Of a stretch of DNA of 64,000 nt, positions 1 to 13,007 are shown in pieces (position 1 is the first letter of the stretch; each line of letters opens with the position of its first letter). The DNA lies in the NCBI GenBank assembly GCA_964016885.1, contig OZ024746.1:77500001-77564000 (forward strand), read 5' to 3'. The stretch is from Eledone cirrhosa. Lineage: Eukaryota. A program made the position numbers and the translations under genes. Under the pieces are notes generated by a model. The model had not been told where the DNA came from. It did no database searches and worked only from the letters and a program-made list of their open reading frames with translations.

Positions 1-309
1 GCGTAGAGCACTGTTTCTAAAGCTGCATTATATAGTTGTATATACAGTTATATATGCACACAGCAGAGGAATTAATTTCGCTAACATACAGCATACCATT
101 ATGTAAATCAATGAGTAAATACTGAAAAGCAAGCGGTTAAACTGCCTGATTGTACCTATTGAATCTAGCTAGAACCAGCGATTCTATTATCCTCCAGAGA
201 CCGATCTGCTGAAACCAAGTCTTTTCTTCACTTTCTTCTCTCTCTCTCTTAGATGTTCTTCTCTGTCCTTTGCCTCTTCTGCTATTAAACCAAGTAAATT
301 ACATTAGTG

Positions 310-500
310 AAGGCATGTGATGTACTACTTACGGGGTCAAATTCTTGATTGTAAGCTCATCGGTTCAATTCTTGAATCAAATAGTACATTGTATTCTTGA
401 GCAAGATGTGTCATTTTGTGTTATTTTTACACCTGAGAAACCTCTTATAAGATGGCAGCCATGTAGGAGGCTAGCTCAACCTACATAGATGGGAACTGTA
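310..500 (+). mobile_element. Highly decayed tRNA-derived SINE head (family B-type 5' region)
   Basis: B-box-like ggttcaattc followed by ttgtattcttgagcaagatg, the core seen intact in SINE-B copies (ttgtttccttgagcaagacac). Confidence 0.45.
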
Positions 501-1260
501 AATTGAATTTAAAAAAAAAAAAAAAAATTTTTTTTTTTAAATTCCATTTTCAAGTAAATTACACTAGAAAATCCACACACACACACTTGCTTACAGAAGA
601 GTGGTCTATTGGTCAGGTTGTTAAACTCCTGATAATAATGTGGTCCTGGTAACACGTTTAGTTCTTGAAAAACACTGTATTGTATTTAATCAAACAGCAG
701 ATCAGCTAAACCTGTGTAGGTGCGAGCTGTAAATTTCATTTCATTTTATCTGGCAGTCATTCCCAACTTATCTTTACTTCTCAAATTTATTACCAGTTAT
801 TTCGACTATGTCTCAAAATCAGAGAAAATATAAAAAAAAAGAAAAGAAAAAAAAAAAAATTTTTTTTTTTTTCTGAAGTTTAATATATTGACATATTACG
901 ATACATTAGGCCAGCAATCATATCTTTAGAGAAGAAAATGTTGGGTAAAATTTATTTTTCTTCTGGTGTATTCCTTGTCCCCCTCCATCTTCCACAATAA
1001 TTTATTTGTAATAGACTTGTATGTGTAAGAGACACCCAAGGTCTCTTCTAGGACATAGATGTTTTCGAAGTATGTTTTTTCTTCTTCTTTTCATTATCTA
1101 GAGGGGGTGGTGGTGTATCTTGTTTTCTATTAAGAACTGTTGAAGTACTGCAAGAAGTTTTATGCGTCAATTATTAAAGTTCTAGACACACCATTACGTA
1201 ACTCAAAAAACTGTTTTCAACTTGAGGTTAATCATCGCATTTTTCTGATTCTTATGTAAG

Positions 1261-1395
1261 ACATGTGACTAAATTGTTTTTCATTGTTGAGCTCATGATC
1301 ATAAGGTGATGAGTTCAATTTGTAGATTGGACAAGGCATTGTTGTACTTTTGAGCAAGGCACTTTATTTCATGTTGCTCTAGTATGCTCTGGTAA
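1261..1395 (+). mobile_element. Decayed tRNA-derived SINE head (family B-type)
   Basis: gtgatgagttcaatt B-box and ttgagcaaggcactttatttcatgttgctc match the 5' half of the SINE-B copies. Confidence 0.6.
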
Positions 1396-1664
1396 AAAGA
1401 AAAGAAGGAAAATAAATATTAATAAATCCCTCTAAATTCTTGCATTAAAAATATGTTAATGAAGTGTGAATTTTTTCATTATTTTAAAATTGAATTGAAA
1501 ATTATAGGTAGTGCCTTTCATTGGAAGTATGGTAACAAAAACGTTTATAAGAAAGTAAGTTATATTACTAAATATCTTCAAATTCTTGATTATTTAAAAA
1601 AAAAGGATTTGAAGATAATAGGCAGTTTCTTTCATTAGGAATATGGTAATGAAGGGGTTAATAT

Positions 1665-1850
1665 GATTTCTAATTTAGGCACAAGACCAACAATTTGTGA
1701 AGAGGGCAGGGTCCATTACTTCAATCTTAGTTCATGTTTGCTAATTTAGTATGTCAACCCACGGTGGGTTTTGAACTCATAATGTTAAGGGCCATAATTA
1801 ATAGCTTCTAAGCATTTTGTCTGATAGTCTAACAATTCTACCCAACATCC
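1665..1850 (-). mobile_element. Decayed SINE family A
   Basis: tttctaatttaggcacaagacca...ttgaactc matches the reverse complement of the SINE-A tail and B-box. Confidence 0.55.
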
Positions 1851-2744
1851 TCTCTGATGAAAGGGTTAATTATGAGAATGTTAATTATGTTATTAAATGA
1901 CATTCACCATAGTATTGATTTATATGGCAACTAGAACATAGATTTGGTTAGAAATGTTATTAAAGGCCTCCACATTCTTTATTATTTTTTACATGATTTG
2001 GAAATTAAAGGCAGTGTTTATAATTAGTAATATAGTAATGAAAGTTATATTACTAAATCTCTCCTAATTCTTGATTATTTTCCAAATGAATTGAAAATTA
2101 TAGGCACTATTTTCATTAGAAATAAGGTAAAAGGCTGAGTTAATAGTGAGAAAATTGCATTACTAACTTGCTCCGAATACTTGATTTTTAAAATGATTTA
2201 AGAATCATAGGCAGTGTCTTTCATTAGAAATGTGTTCACGAAAGGGTCAAAACAAATTTCTAGCAGTTTATTTTAAGTCTTGAATATTTCAAAACAAAAA
2301 GAAAAATAGAAAACAAAAACAAATTAATTTTCTTCTTTAGTATTTAGTTTAATAGAATCAAATCATGCATATTCAGCATTTGTATTCAACTCTGTAATGA
2401 AAGAATAGAGATGGAAGGGAAACAGCGTAGGTGGAGGTGGTGGTGGATGTGGTGGGGGTTAAAATAATCTAAATCGGTCTTTATGTCGCCTTCATTAATA
2501 AATGCTGAAAATCACTTCTATTATTTCTATAATTGTAAAACTACAAGAACAAGAACAACAATGATGATGATGATGATGATGATAATAACAATAATAATAA
2601 TAATGATGATGATGATGATGATGATGATACAGGACATGTAATAATTTTAGAAGTGAAATTTTTTTTTGTTATGTATTGTTATTGACAGGTTAAATAATAT
2701 GCCATTGGAAACAATGGGAAATTGCATGTGTAGGTGTACACACA

Positions 2745-2772
2745 TGTGTATGTATATGTGTGTATATAAAAT

Positions 2773-2804
<32 letters not shown>

Positions 2805-4310
2805 ATCACACACACACACACAAACATACACCCACACACATACACACACACACACATACATACATACATACACATATGCATATATATGTGTGTATGTATA
2901 TATATACTTTGGTAGAGTTATTCTGTTTCTGCTGTTGCTAGTGGTAGTAGTAATGGTAGTTTTAATGTTGTATAATGTTGTATGATGTGTATGATGTTGT
3001 GTACACTGTGTTCTGTGATGTGTTGTATTGTGTGTGCTGTGTTCTGTGATGTGTTGTATTGTGTGATGTTGTGTATTGATGTCTTCTCTTGTTTACTGTT
3101 TGGCATTTTTGCCTGTGTTTGCACAGCAAATAGATATTTTCTAACATTTGATCTGTTTTTGAATATTGCTATAGCACTTAAATCTAATTTAAAAATAAAC
3201 TGTCTGCATATGTGTGTGGCTGTGTGTCAATGTATGTGTATGATTGTATATATGTATGTGTATGATTGTATATATGTATGTGCATGTGTATATATGTATG
3301 TGCATATGTATATATGTATGTTCATATGTATATATGTATGTGCATGTGTATATATGTGTGTGTATGTATATATGTATGCGCATATGTATATATGTATGTG
3401 CATATGTATATATATGTATGCGCATATGTATATATGTATGTGCATATGTATATATGTGTGTATGTATATATATGTATGTGCATATGTATATATGTGTGTA
3501 TGTATATATGTATGTGTATGATTGTATATATGTATGTGCATGTGTATATATGTATGTGCATATGTATATATGTGTGTATGTATATATATGTATGTGCATA
3601 TGTATATATGGATGTGCATGTGTATATATGTCTGTGTATGTATATATGTATATATGGATGTGCATGTGTATATATGTGTGTGTATGTATATATGTATGTG
3701 CATATGTATATATGTATATGCATGTGTATATATATGTGTATGTATGTATATATGTATGTGCATATGTATATATGTGTGTGCATGTGTATATTTATTTATG
3801 TATGTATATATGTGTATATGTATGTGCACAGTATGTGTGTGCATGTGTGTATATGTATGTGCATATATGTGTGTGCATGTGTATGTGTATATGTATGTGC
3901 ATATGTATATATGTATGTGCATGTGTATATATGTGTGTGCATGTGTATATATATATATGTATGTGTATATGTATGTGTATATGTATGTGCATATGTATGT
4001 GCATATGTATGTGCATATGTATATATGTATGTGCATGTGTATATATATATGTATGTGTTTATGTATATATGTATGTGGATATGTGTATATGTATTAGCAT
4101 GTATATATGTATGTACATGAATATATGTGTGTGTCCATGTGTGTATATATGTATGTATATGTGTTGTGTCTATATGTATTTATATGTGTGTGTGTGTGTG
4201 TGTCTATATATATATGTATGTATCTATATGAGCACATAGGCGTGTGTATATATATATATGTATATGTATCTATATATTTATGTGTGTGTATGTTTGTGTG
4301 TATATGTGGT
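2745..4310. repeat. Compound (CA)n/(TA)n/(TGTA)n microsatellite region with higher-order gtatatatgtatgtgcatat units
   Basis: Purine/pyrimidine-alternating repeats; source of the overlapping YIHM/CVYM ORFs. Confidence 0.95.
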
Positions 4311-4437
4311 GAAGAATGGTATTGGGCAGGACTTAAAAGCATAGAATTTTTATTTAGTCTATTACATAATTACATGTTCACTTTACCTAAATAACATGTT
4401 GCACAACACCTAACTATAATTTTAAAGAGGAATTGGA

Positions 4438-6200
4438 ATGGTGGTAGTGGCAGTGGTGGTGGTAGTGGTAGTGTTGGTGGTATTGGTGGTAGTGGCAGTG
4501 GTAATGGCAGTGTTGGTGGTATTGGTGGTGGTGGTAGTGGCAGTGTTGGTGGTGGTGGTAGTGGTATTGGTGGTGGTGGTAGTGGCAGTGTTGGTGGTAT
4601 TGGTGGTGGTGGTAGTGGTAGTGTTGGTGGTATTGGTGGTAGTGGCAGTGTTGGTGGTAGTGGCAGTGTTGGTGGTAGTGGTAGTGGCAGTGTTGGTGGT
4701 ATTGGTGGTGGTGGTAGTGGCAGTGTTGGTGGTATTGGTGGTAGTGGTAGTGGCAGTGTTGGTGGTATTGGTGGTGGTGGTAGTGGTAGTGTTGGTGGTA
4801 TTGGTGGTAGTGGCAGTGTTGGTGGTATTGGTGGTAGTGGTAGTGGCAGTGTTGGTGGTATTGGTGGTAGTGGCAGTGGTAGTGGTAGTGGCAGTGTTGG
4901 TGGTATTAGTGGTAGTGGCAGTGTTGGTGGTATTGGTGGCGGTGTTGGTGGTATTGGTGGTAGTGGTAGTGGCAGTGTTGGTGGTAGTGGTGGTAGTGGT
5001 AGTGGCAGTGTTGGTGGTAGTGGTAGTGGTAGTGTTGGTGGTATTGGTGGTAGTGGCAGTGTTGGTGGTATTGGTGGCGGTGTTGGTGGTATTGGTGGTA
5101 GTGGTAGTGGCAGTGTTGGTGGTAGTGGTGGTAGTGGTAGTGGCAGTGTTGGTGGTATTGGTGGTAGTGGCAGTGGTAATGGCAGTGTTGGTGGTATTGG
5201 TGGTAGTGGCAGTGTTGGTGGTATTGGTGGTGGTGGTAGTGTTGGTGGTATTGGTGGTGGTGGTAGTGTTGGTGGTAGTGGCAGTGCTGGTGGTATTGGT
5301 GGTGGTGGTAGTGGTAGTGGCAGTGTTGGTGGTATTGGTGGTGGTGGTAGTGGTAGTGGCAGTGTTGGTAGTATTGGGGGTGGCAGTGTTGGTGGTAGTG
5401 GTAGTGGCAGTGTTGGTGGTATTGGTGGTGGTGGTAGTGTTGGTGGTAGTGGTAGTGTTGGTGGTAGTGGTAGTGGCAGTGTTGGTGGTAGTGGCAGTGT
5501 TGGTGGTAGTGGCAGTGTTGGTGGTATTGGTGGTGGTGGTGGTGGTAGTGGTAGTGGCAGTATTGGTGGTATTAGTGGTAGTGGCAGTATTGGTGGTATT
5601 AGTGGTAGTGGCAGTGTTGGTGGTATTAGTGGTAGTGGTAGTGTTGGTGGCAGTGTTGGTGGTATTGGTGGTGGTGGTAGTGGTAGTGGCATTGTTGGTG
5701 GTGGTGGTAGTGGCAGTGTTGGTAGTGGCAGTGTTGGTGGTAGTGGCAGTGGCAGTGTTGGTGGTAGTGGCAGTGTTGGTGTTGGTGGTGGTAGTGGCAG
5801 TGTTGGTTGTATTGGTGGTAGTGGCAGTGTTGGTGGTATTGGTGGTAGTGGCAGTGTTGGTGTTGGTGGTAGTGGCAGTGTTGGTGTTGGTGGTAGTGGT
5901 GGTGGCAGTGGTGGTGGTGGTAGTGGCAGTGTTGGTGTTGGTATTGGTGGTAGTGGTGGTAGTGGTAGTGGCAGTGTTGGTGGTAGTGGCAGTGTTGGTG
6001 GTAGTGGTGGTGGCAGTGGTGGTGGTGGTAGTGGTAGTGGCAGTGTTGGTGGTATTGGTGGTAGTGGCAGTGTTGGTGGTAGTGGTGGTGGCAGTGGTGG
6101 TGGTAGTGGCAGTGTTGGTGGTAGTGGCAGTGTTGGTGTTGGTGTTGGTCAGGATTGTGATGATTATGGTGGTGTTGGTATTGATGGCATTGTTGAAGGT
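4438..6200. repeat. 1.8-kb compound trinucleotide repeat (GGT/AGT/GGC/GTT/ATT mosaic)
   Basis: Triplet units in constant phase; gives poly-Val (+), Gly/Ser-rich (+) and Pro-rich or His-rich (-) readings. Confidence 0.9.
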
Positions 6201-6293
6201 GTTCGTGCTGGAGCTCAGATAAGGTCAACACAAGAAATTTAAAGATGATGATTACAACGATGATGGTACCACCACCACTACTACTACTACTAT

Positions 6294-6362
<69 letters not shown>

Positions 6363-6386
6363 ACTGTTGCTACTGCTAGTAATAAT

Positions 6387-6573
6387 TGTTTCTACTTTAG
6401 GCACAAGGCCAGCAACTACCCAGTGCATTGCTCGTACTTTATTTTATCGACTCCGTAAGGATGAAAGGCAAAGTCAACCTCGGCGGGATTTGAACTCAGA
6501 TTGTAAAGGGACGTAACTCTATGCTGGAAAGCATGACGTCCGACCCTCTACCGATACTGCCAATCCACCGATA
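6387..6573 (-). mobile_element. SINE family A (tRNA-derived), near full length with TSD
   Basis: Pol III A/B-box head and conserved core gcctttcatccttacgg..tcgataaaataaagtac; TSD ctactgctagtaataat at 6370-6386 and 6574-6590. Confidence 0.9.
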
Positions 6574-6590
6574 CTACTGCTAGTAATAAT

Positions 6591-6795
6591 GGTTTCTGAT
6601 TTAGGCAGAAGGCCAGCAATTTTGGGAGAGGGGAATGTCAATTAAATCGACCACAGTGCATTACTGGTGCTTTATTTTATCGACCCCGTAAGGATGAAAG
6701 GCAAAGTTAACCTCAATGGGAGTTGAATACAGAATGGCAAGAGCCATAATTGCCCTGAAGCAGAGTGTCTGACTTTCTGTCGATACTGCCAAATT
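6591..6795 (-). mobile_element. SINE family A, longer variant, tandem with previous copy
   Basis: Same core and tail, with an extra gggagaggggaatgtcaattaaatcgac segment. Confidence 0.85.
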
Positions 6796-6820
6796 GTTAT
6801 AAGTTATTTCTGGTGATAAG

Positions 6821-7016
6821 GGCCGTGGATTGGCAGTATCGGTAGAGGGTCTGACGTCATGCTTTGCAGTAAAGAATTACGGCCCTTTATGGTCTGAGTT
6901 CAAATCCCGCCGAGGTTAACTTTGCCTTTCATCCTTACGGGGTCGATAAAATAAAGTACCAGTAATACACTGGGATAATTGCTGGCCTTGTGCCAAAAGT
7001 AGAAACAATTATTATT
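6821..7016 (+). mobile_element. SINE family A, full length
   Basis: A-box tggcagtatcggtag, B-box gagttcaaatccc, core, tail ggccttgtgccaaaagtagaaacaattattatt. Confidence 0.92.
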
Positions 7017-7368
7017 AATTGCCTGAAGAGCACTTGATAGAAACATTGCAAGCAGTGGTTGTAATGTGAAGGACGGGTTTTACACTGAGATAAACGGTGG
7101 GGGAAAAAGGATTAGGTGAGAAAAAAAGAGTGTGTGTGTGTGTATGTATATATATATAAAAAGCCACATTCGATCGCAGCGCTGTTAGTTGCTATCATGT
7201 GTGTGTGTGTGTATATAGATATGTTTATGTGTGTGCGTGTATGTGTATATATATATGTATATGTATATTCTTATTGTTGTTGTCGTTATTATTGTTGTTG
7301 TTATTATTATTATTATTATTGTTATTATAGTTAGTGTATATGTGTGTGTGTATATATGTGTGTGTATA

Positions 7369-7415
<47 letters not shown>

Positions 7416-7487
7416 TTTATTAAGTTTTTTTATTTTTTTTTTTCCTCGTGCAATGGCCATACTCGATAACGAGGGGGCAACCATCAT

Positions 7488-7558
<71 letters not shown>

Positions 7559-7574
7559 CATGCATGTACACACA

Positions 7575-7675
7575 CATGGTGTCCCGAAAATGTATACACA
7601 CCACTTTGATAACCTGTACAGGCATTATTTATTAGAATGCTGTCGCAGTGTGTATACATTTTTTTGGACGCCATG
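7575..7675. mobile_element. ~100-bp Tc1/mariner-type MITE
   Basis: Imperfect ~26-bp TIRs catggtgtcccgaaaatgtatacaca / tgtgtatacatttttttggacgccatg; TA on the right flank, CA on the left. Confidence 0.7.
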
Positions 7676-7797
7676 TATGCATGCATGTATATGTATGTGT
7701 ATATTTATATATATATATATATATAAGGTATTGACTCCACCTGGAAATCAGGGTTATAATTATTAATAATAATAATGATGATAAAGAATATGATTGT

Positions 7798-7844
<47 letters not shown>

Positions 7845-8618
7845 TTGGAAGTATGCTTTAGCTATATGATGTCAAGTAAGTAGAGGCCATGAAGATAGAT
7901 TTATTTCATCTCTATTTTTTCTTTTGCTGAACCAAAGCATACATACTTAACATACATTCACACAGACACACACAGATATAATACACCCATGCACACACAC
8001 ACAATAAACCCATGCACACGCACACACACACAATAAACCCATGCACACACACACACACAATAAACCCATGCACATGCACACACACACATACACAATACAC
8101 CCATGCACATACACATAGATAGTGCTGTGATGAAACTATTTCTAACCAAATCTATGTTCCAGTTGCCATATAAATCAATACTCTGTGTATGTCATTTAAT
8201 TATCCCCACTCTCTCCCAACTTTCCCCTCCATCCCTCTCTCTCCTGTAGCTCTTCTTTCTTAGAGATAGCATCACTCCCCTCTCCCCTTCTCTCCCTCAT
8301 ACTACATGATGACATAGACAACATTCCACTTGGCTTTGGTGGCTATTGCATGTACATAATAGTTTTGGCTCGTCATCATTTTCACTGTTAAAATCTTGTA
8401 CATACATACATTGCATTGCCTTGACAAAGCTATCTACCTACTTCCTTACATACCTATCTGTTTATCTCTCTATCTTTCTATCTATCTCTCTCTATATATA
8501 TCTACCTGCCCACCTATATAGTTAGCTACCTATATATTTACTTATCTACCTAGTTATGTAATCTTCCTGCCTCTCTAACTACCTGTCTTCTTACCTATCT
8601 ACCTACTTGTCTATCTCC

Positions 8619-8810
8619 TGGAGATGAGGGTGGCACATTTTTTTTTTCGGGTGTATGTGTTACCCATATGTAATGTCTCCCCCTATTGGGGAAAATCGAT
8701 TAATTTTTAAATTGCATTTGTGATAATATTTTACACGTTTTTATTGTATGTAAACTTCCCCCTTTGTATTTGTCCCCTTCTTTTGTGCCCCTGTGGCTAA
8801 TAAAGAAACA
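8619..8810 (+). mobile_element. L1/Tx1-clade LINE 3' UTR fragment
   Basis: gggtggcacatttt...ccccctattgggg...gcccctgtggctaataaagaaa parallels the 3' UTRs at 9545-9730 and 30415-30690 (-). Confidence 0.75.
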
Positions 8811-9159
8811 TATCTATCTACCTACTTACATACCTATCTACCTAGCTACTCACCTCTCTAGCTAGCTACTTATCTACCTACATACCTATCTACCTATCTA
8901 GCTAGCTACCTGTCAATTTACCTATCTAGTTACTTATGTAACCTACCTACCTATCTGACTATCTACCTGCTTACATATCTATCTAGCTAGCTACCTGTCT
9001 ACTTACTTATCTACCTACTTATGTAACATACCGACCTATCTGCCTGCCCACCTATCTAGCTAGCTACCTATCTATTTACCTATCAACCTACTTATGTAAC
9101 CTACCTAACTATCTTCTTACCTATATATCTACCTGCCTATCTAACGATCTACTCTACTG

Positions 9160-9730
9160 TAGCGGGTGGGACCAATCCGGTTGACCACCGAGTACATTGT
9201 CACGATCAAACCGCCTCCCCCATTCAAAAACGAAGGAGAGGCGGTTTTCCTCTGTGTGATAGCTATGGCGAAAGAGGTTGTATGGTGGACGAGGTTGAAA
9301 GGGCTGAGGTCAGACACCTTTCTCTCCGGCCAACAACTGGTCCTTTTTTTTCAAGTACCATTTTAGAAGAAGGATCAGAATGGAGAGAGAGAGAGGTGCT
9401 CTACCCCAGCAAGTTTTATGAAAGGTGGGTGAAAGTGGCGAGAATGGCCCGAGTGAATGGGCCTTCTCTCTATATAAGCCTGTAGGTGAGAGAGGAGAAG
9501 AAGGAGGAGAGGAAGGGAGAACCCGCTCTTTGTGCTTCTGAGGAGGAGGGTTGCACATTTTTTCGGGGGTGTGTGCGACCCACGTCAACGCCCCTCCCTA
9601 TTGAGGACTTCGATTGTTGAATTTGATTTGTTATATGTTTTTACTCGTCCTTTGAAATGTATGTAAACTCCCCCCCCCCCCTTGTATTTGTCCCAATCTT
9701 TGATGCCCTGGTGGCAAATAAATAGAAAGT
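9160..9730 (+). mobile_element. 5'-truncated L1/Tx1-clade LINE (ORF2 C-terminus and 3' UTR)
   Basis: GPIRLTTEYIVTIKPPPPFKNEGEAVFLCVIAMAKEVVWWTRLKGL aligns with GLIRLSTEFIVQMISPSSFKEEGQAVFICLVAMAKEIVWWTRLKGL of the 30.4-34.7 kb element; ends ggtggcaaataaatagaaa. Confidence 0.88.
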
Positions 9731-10285
9731 TATCTAACTATCTACTTATCTACCTACTTAGGTAAGCAGATAGGTAGATATGTTACATATCTTCCTACTT
9801 ATCTGACTATCTACCTACTTATCTGCCCACCTATCTACTTGTGAACCTATCTACCTACTAACATATATATATATACATCTATCTACCTACCTATGTACTT
9901 ACTTATTTACCTATCTACCTCTCTATTTACCTATCCTCCCACCTGACTATCTATCTATCTACTTACCTGCCTACCTACTTATCTACCTTTACCTGGTCTA
10001 CTACATTGTCTTTTCATTAACAAGCTTCAATGAGGCTACCATTGCTGCCACCAGCACTACCACTGAAATCAAAACCGCTACCACCACCACCACCACTACA
10101 CAACAACAATATGGTGTATTGCAAAGCCTATTTATCTCATTCTCAGGGAGATTCAGTGTAGCACTGTGTGACAAAACTGGCTCTTTGAATTACAGGCACA
10201 GCACACATCCTCTCTCCAGCTGAATGGAATGGAGCAACATGAACAAGTACCCAACCCCAGACACTGTTATAAGTAGTAGTAGTAT

Positions 10286-10319
<34 letters not shown>

Positions 10320-10375
10320 GGTTGAGGTAGGGGGAGGGGGCAAAGAAGAAAAGGTGGAAGAAACTAAAAATTAAT

Positions 10376-10499
10376 TGTTTCTACTTTTGGCACAAGGCCA
10401 GCAATTATTCCAGTGCATTACTGGTACTTTATTTTACTGACCCTGTAAGGATGAAAGGCAAAGTTAACCTTGGCGGGATTTGAACACCATAAAGGGCCG
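10376..10499 (-). mobile_element. 5'-truncated SINE family A
   Basis: Tail, core and B-box present; TSD taaaaattaat at 10365-10375 and 10500-10510. Confidence 0.88.
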
Positions 10500-10729
10500 T
10501 AAAAATTAATGTTAGCAAATAAACACATTTTTACACGTTATTTGACAAGGTGGTGGGGGAGGTTCTGACCCCCCCCCCCTCCATCACCACAGCAGCCACA
10601 TCTCAAAAGTAATCAAAGGAATAAGGGTTATGGTGGTTGTGGTTCATTAGCTAATGACTAAAAAAAATTGTAATGAAATATATAAGGGGCTGTGTAGTAC
10701 ACTATGTGATGATGGTGTCATTTAATTAT

Positions 10730-10929
10730 CTACTACTACCACCATTACTACTACTACTACTACCACCACTTCTACTACTACCACCACTTCTACTACTACC
10801 ACCACCACTACTACTACCACCACTACTACTACTATTACTACTATTACCACCACCACCACTGCTACTACTACCACCACCACCACTACTACTACCACCATCT
10901 TTACTACTACTACCACCACCACCACCACC

Positions 10930-10961
<32 letters not shown>

Positions 10962-10983
10962 CATCACCTTTACTACTACTACT

Positions 10984-11014
<31 letters not shown>

Positions 11015-11246
11015 TTACTACTACTACCACCACCACTACTACCACCACCACTACTACCACCACCACCACCACCACTACCACCACCACTACTACCACCACC
11101 ACCACTACCACCACCACCACCACTACTACCACTACTACTACTACACTACCACTACTACTACCACTACCACTACTACTACTACTACTACTACCACCGCTAC
11201 TACCACCACCACCACCACTACCACCACTACTACCACCACCACTACT
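10730..11246. repeat. (CAC/TAC)n trinucleotide mosaic
   Basis: Direct reading; source of the poly-Pro/Leu and poly-Val ORFs. Confidence 0.95.
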
Positions 11247-11696
11247 AACAGCAAGCCTGGTGTTATGTACTTGTTGACATGGGAACATAATGTGGTCCTG
11301 TCATAATTTCTTTATCAGTAGCCACTGTTTTCTTAATGTTTACATTATGTGGTTTGTCTTGTGTATGCCCATCTCCACCGGCCATCATCTGACCACACCT
11401 CCATCATCTCCCTTGAGGCTGGGCTTAGTTGAAGTCCAGTCCATACCTCCACCCACAACCTTGCTCACTCTCCATTCCTCTTGTGTTTCTCTAGGATGGA
11501 AGGGGGGTGGGGAATCTCCACCTCCATCCCACACTCTTCCCACCCAAGGGTGTTTTGTGTCAATTTTTGCTTACATTACATTTTTGTTGGGTGGGTGGGA
11601 GTATGTAATGTCTTAGACAATATAGATTTATCATACCTTGACCTCTCTCTTTCTCCCCCCCCCCCTCTCTCTATATATAAAAACATATATATAGAT

Positions 11697-12040
11697 GGAG
11701 GCACATGGCTTAGTGGTTAGAGCATTGGCCTTGCAATCGAAAGGTTGTGAGTTCAATTCTCAGACCGGATGATGTGTTGTTTCCTTGAGCAAGACACTTT
11801 ATTTCACATTGCTCCAGTTTACTGAGCTGTAGAAATGAGATGATAGGGACTGGGGTCCCTATCATTCCATTGCAAAGTGGTCGTGGAGGTGCCACGGCAA
11901 AAAAGCACCCAGCACTCACTGTAAATGAGGTTGGTGTTAGGAAGGGCATCCAGCTGTAGAAATCAAGCCAGAATCAGTTCCCGTCCCACCCTTGCAAGCA
12001 GGGAAAAGCGGACGTAAAAGGAAATGATGATGATGATGAT
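11697..12040 (+). mobile_element. SINE family B (tRNA head, V-domain-like core, RTE-type tail, (GAT)n)
   Basis: A-box tggcttagtggttag, B-box gagttcaattc, tail ggaaaagcggacgtaaaa..(gat)n; near-identical to four other copies in the window. Confidence 0.92.
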
Positions 12041-12219
12041 ATATATGTTTAGTACTGCTTGTTGTGAGAATGAGTGTTCAATATCATAGTAGAAATTGAT
12101 ATATTCTATATTAAAGCCAAGTCTTGTTACGCAGGAGTTTCCCCTGCGTACTTACTGTGTATGTATGTATGTATGTATGTATGTATTTATGTATGTATGT
12201 ATGTATGTATGTATTTATG

Positions 12220-12271
<52 letters not shown>

Positions 12272-12471
12272 TAAGAAAAGGGAAGTAAGGATTCTATACA
12301 AAACTTTATATACATTATAAAACTTAAAAAAAAAAAGAATTGTCCCTCTCATTTTGTCAATAATGTTATCTTTTCAATAATGTCACTGACGAATCAAAAG
12401 AGAAAACATACCCCTAAATATATTTTCCGTACTATTTCCAACTTCACCTCCCCCCCCCCTCTCTCTCTCTC

Positions 12472-12806
12472 TCATCATCATCATTTTACGTCCACTTTTC
12501 CCTGCTTGCAAGGGTGGGACGGGAACTGATTCTGGCTTGATTTCTACAGCTGGATGCCCTTCCTAACACCAACCTCATTTACAGTGAGTGCTGGGTGCTT
12601 TTTTGCCATGGCACCTGCACGACCACTTTGCAGTGGAATGATAGGGACCCCAGTCCCTATCATCTCATTTCTACAGCTGAGTAAACTGGAGCAATGTGAA
12701 ATAAAGTGTCTTGCTCAAGGAAGCAACACATCACCCGGTCTGAGAATTGAACTCACAACCTTTCGATTGCAAGGCCAATGCTCTAACCACTAAGCCATGT
12801 GCCGCC
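12472..12806 (-). mobile_element. SINE family B, full length
   Basis: Reverse complement of 11697-12040 with few differences. Confidence 0.92.
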
Positions 12807-12950
12807 ATATATATATATATAGGAGAATGTTTAACCCTGACGGCAGAGCTCGAGCCATTTCGATAACTATTTCTGGACTCTACTACCCTACTAAGTATTA
12901 AGTACTCTGGTGCGTTATGGTCCACCTGGTTCCTTACCACACCTCCTTCG

Positions 12951-13003
<53 letters not shown>

Positions 13004-13007
<4 letters not shown>

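Larger units (their letters stand above)
8430..10000. repeat. Degenerate (ATCT/ACCT)n tetranucleotide satellite hosting two LINE 3' fragments
   Basis: Long run of tatctacctac-like units. Confidence 0.9.

Noticed and set aside
2666-4394. Cys/His/Tyr-rich ORFs (also 18.7-19.3, 45.8-46.3, 55.2-56.9 and 59.3-60.3 kb)
   Set aside because: Translations of dinucleotide/tetranucleotide repeats that lack stop codons by composition.
4370-6231. Extensin-like Pro-rich, poly-Val and His-rich ORFs
   Set aside because: Alternative readings of one triplet microsatellite; no signal peptide or non-repetitive domain.
6821-6912. tRNA genes at SINE heads
   Set aside because: A/B boxes are present but there is no complete cloverleaf, and each continues into a SINE core and tail.
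7017-7052. Hammerhead-like ctgaaga...gaaacatt
   Set aside because: Stem I (ttgc/gcaa) is possible but stem II cannot pair.
11710-11949. Recurrent ~79-aa ORF MPFLTPTSFTVSAGCFF as a multigene family
   Set aside because: It is the antisense strand of SINE-B; recurrence reflects SINE copy number.
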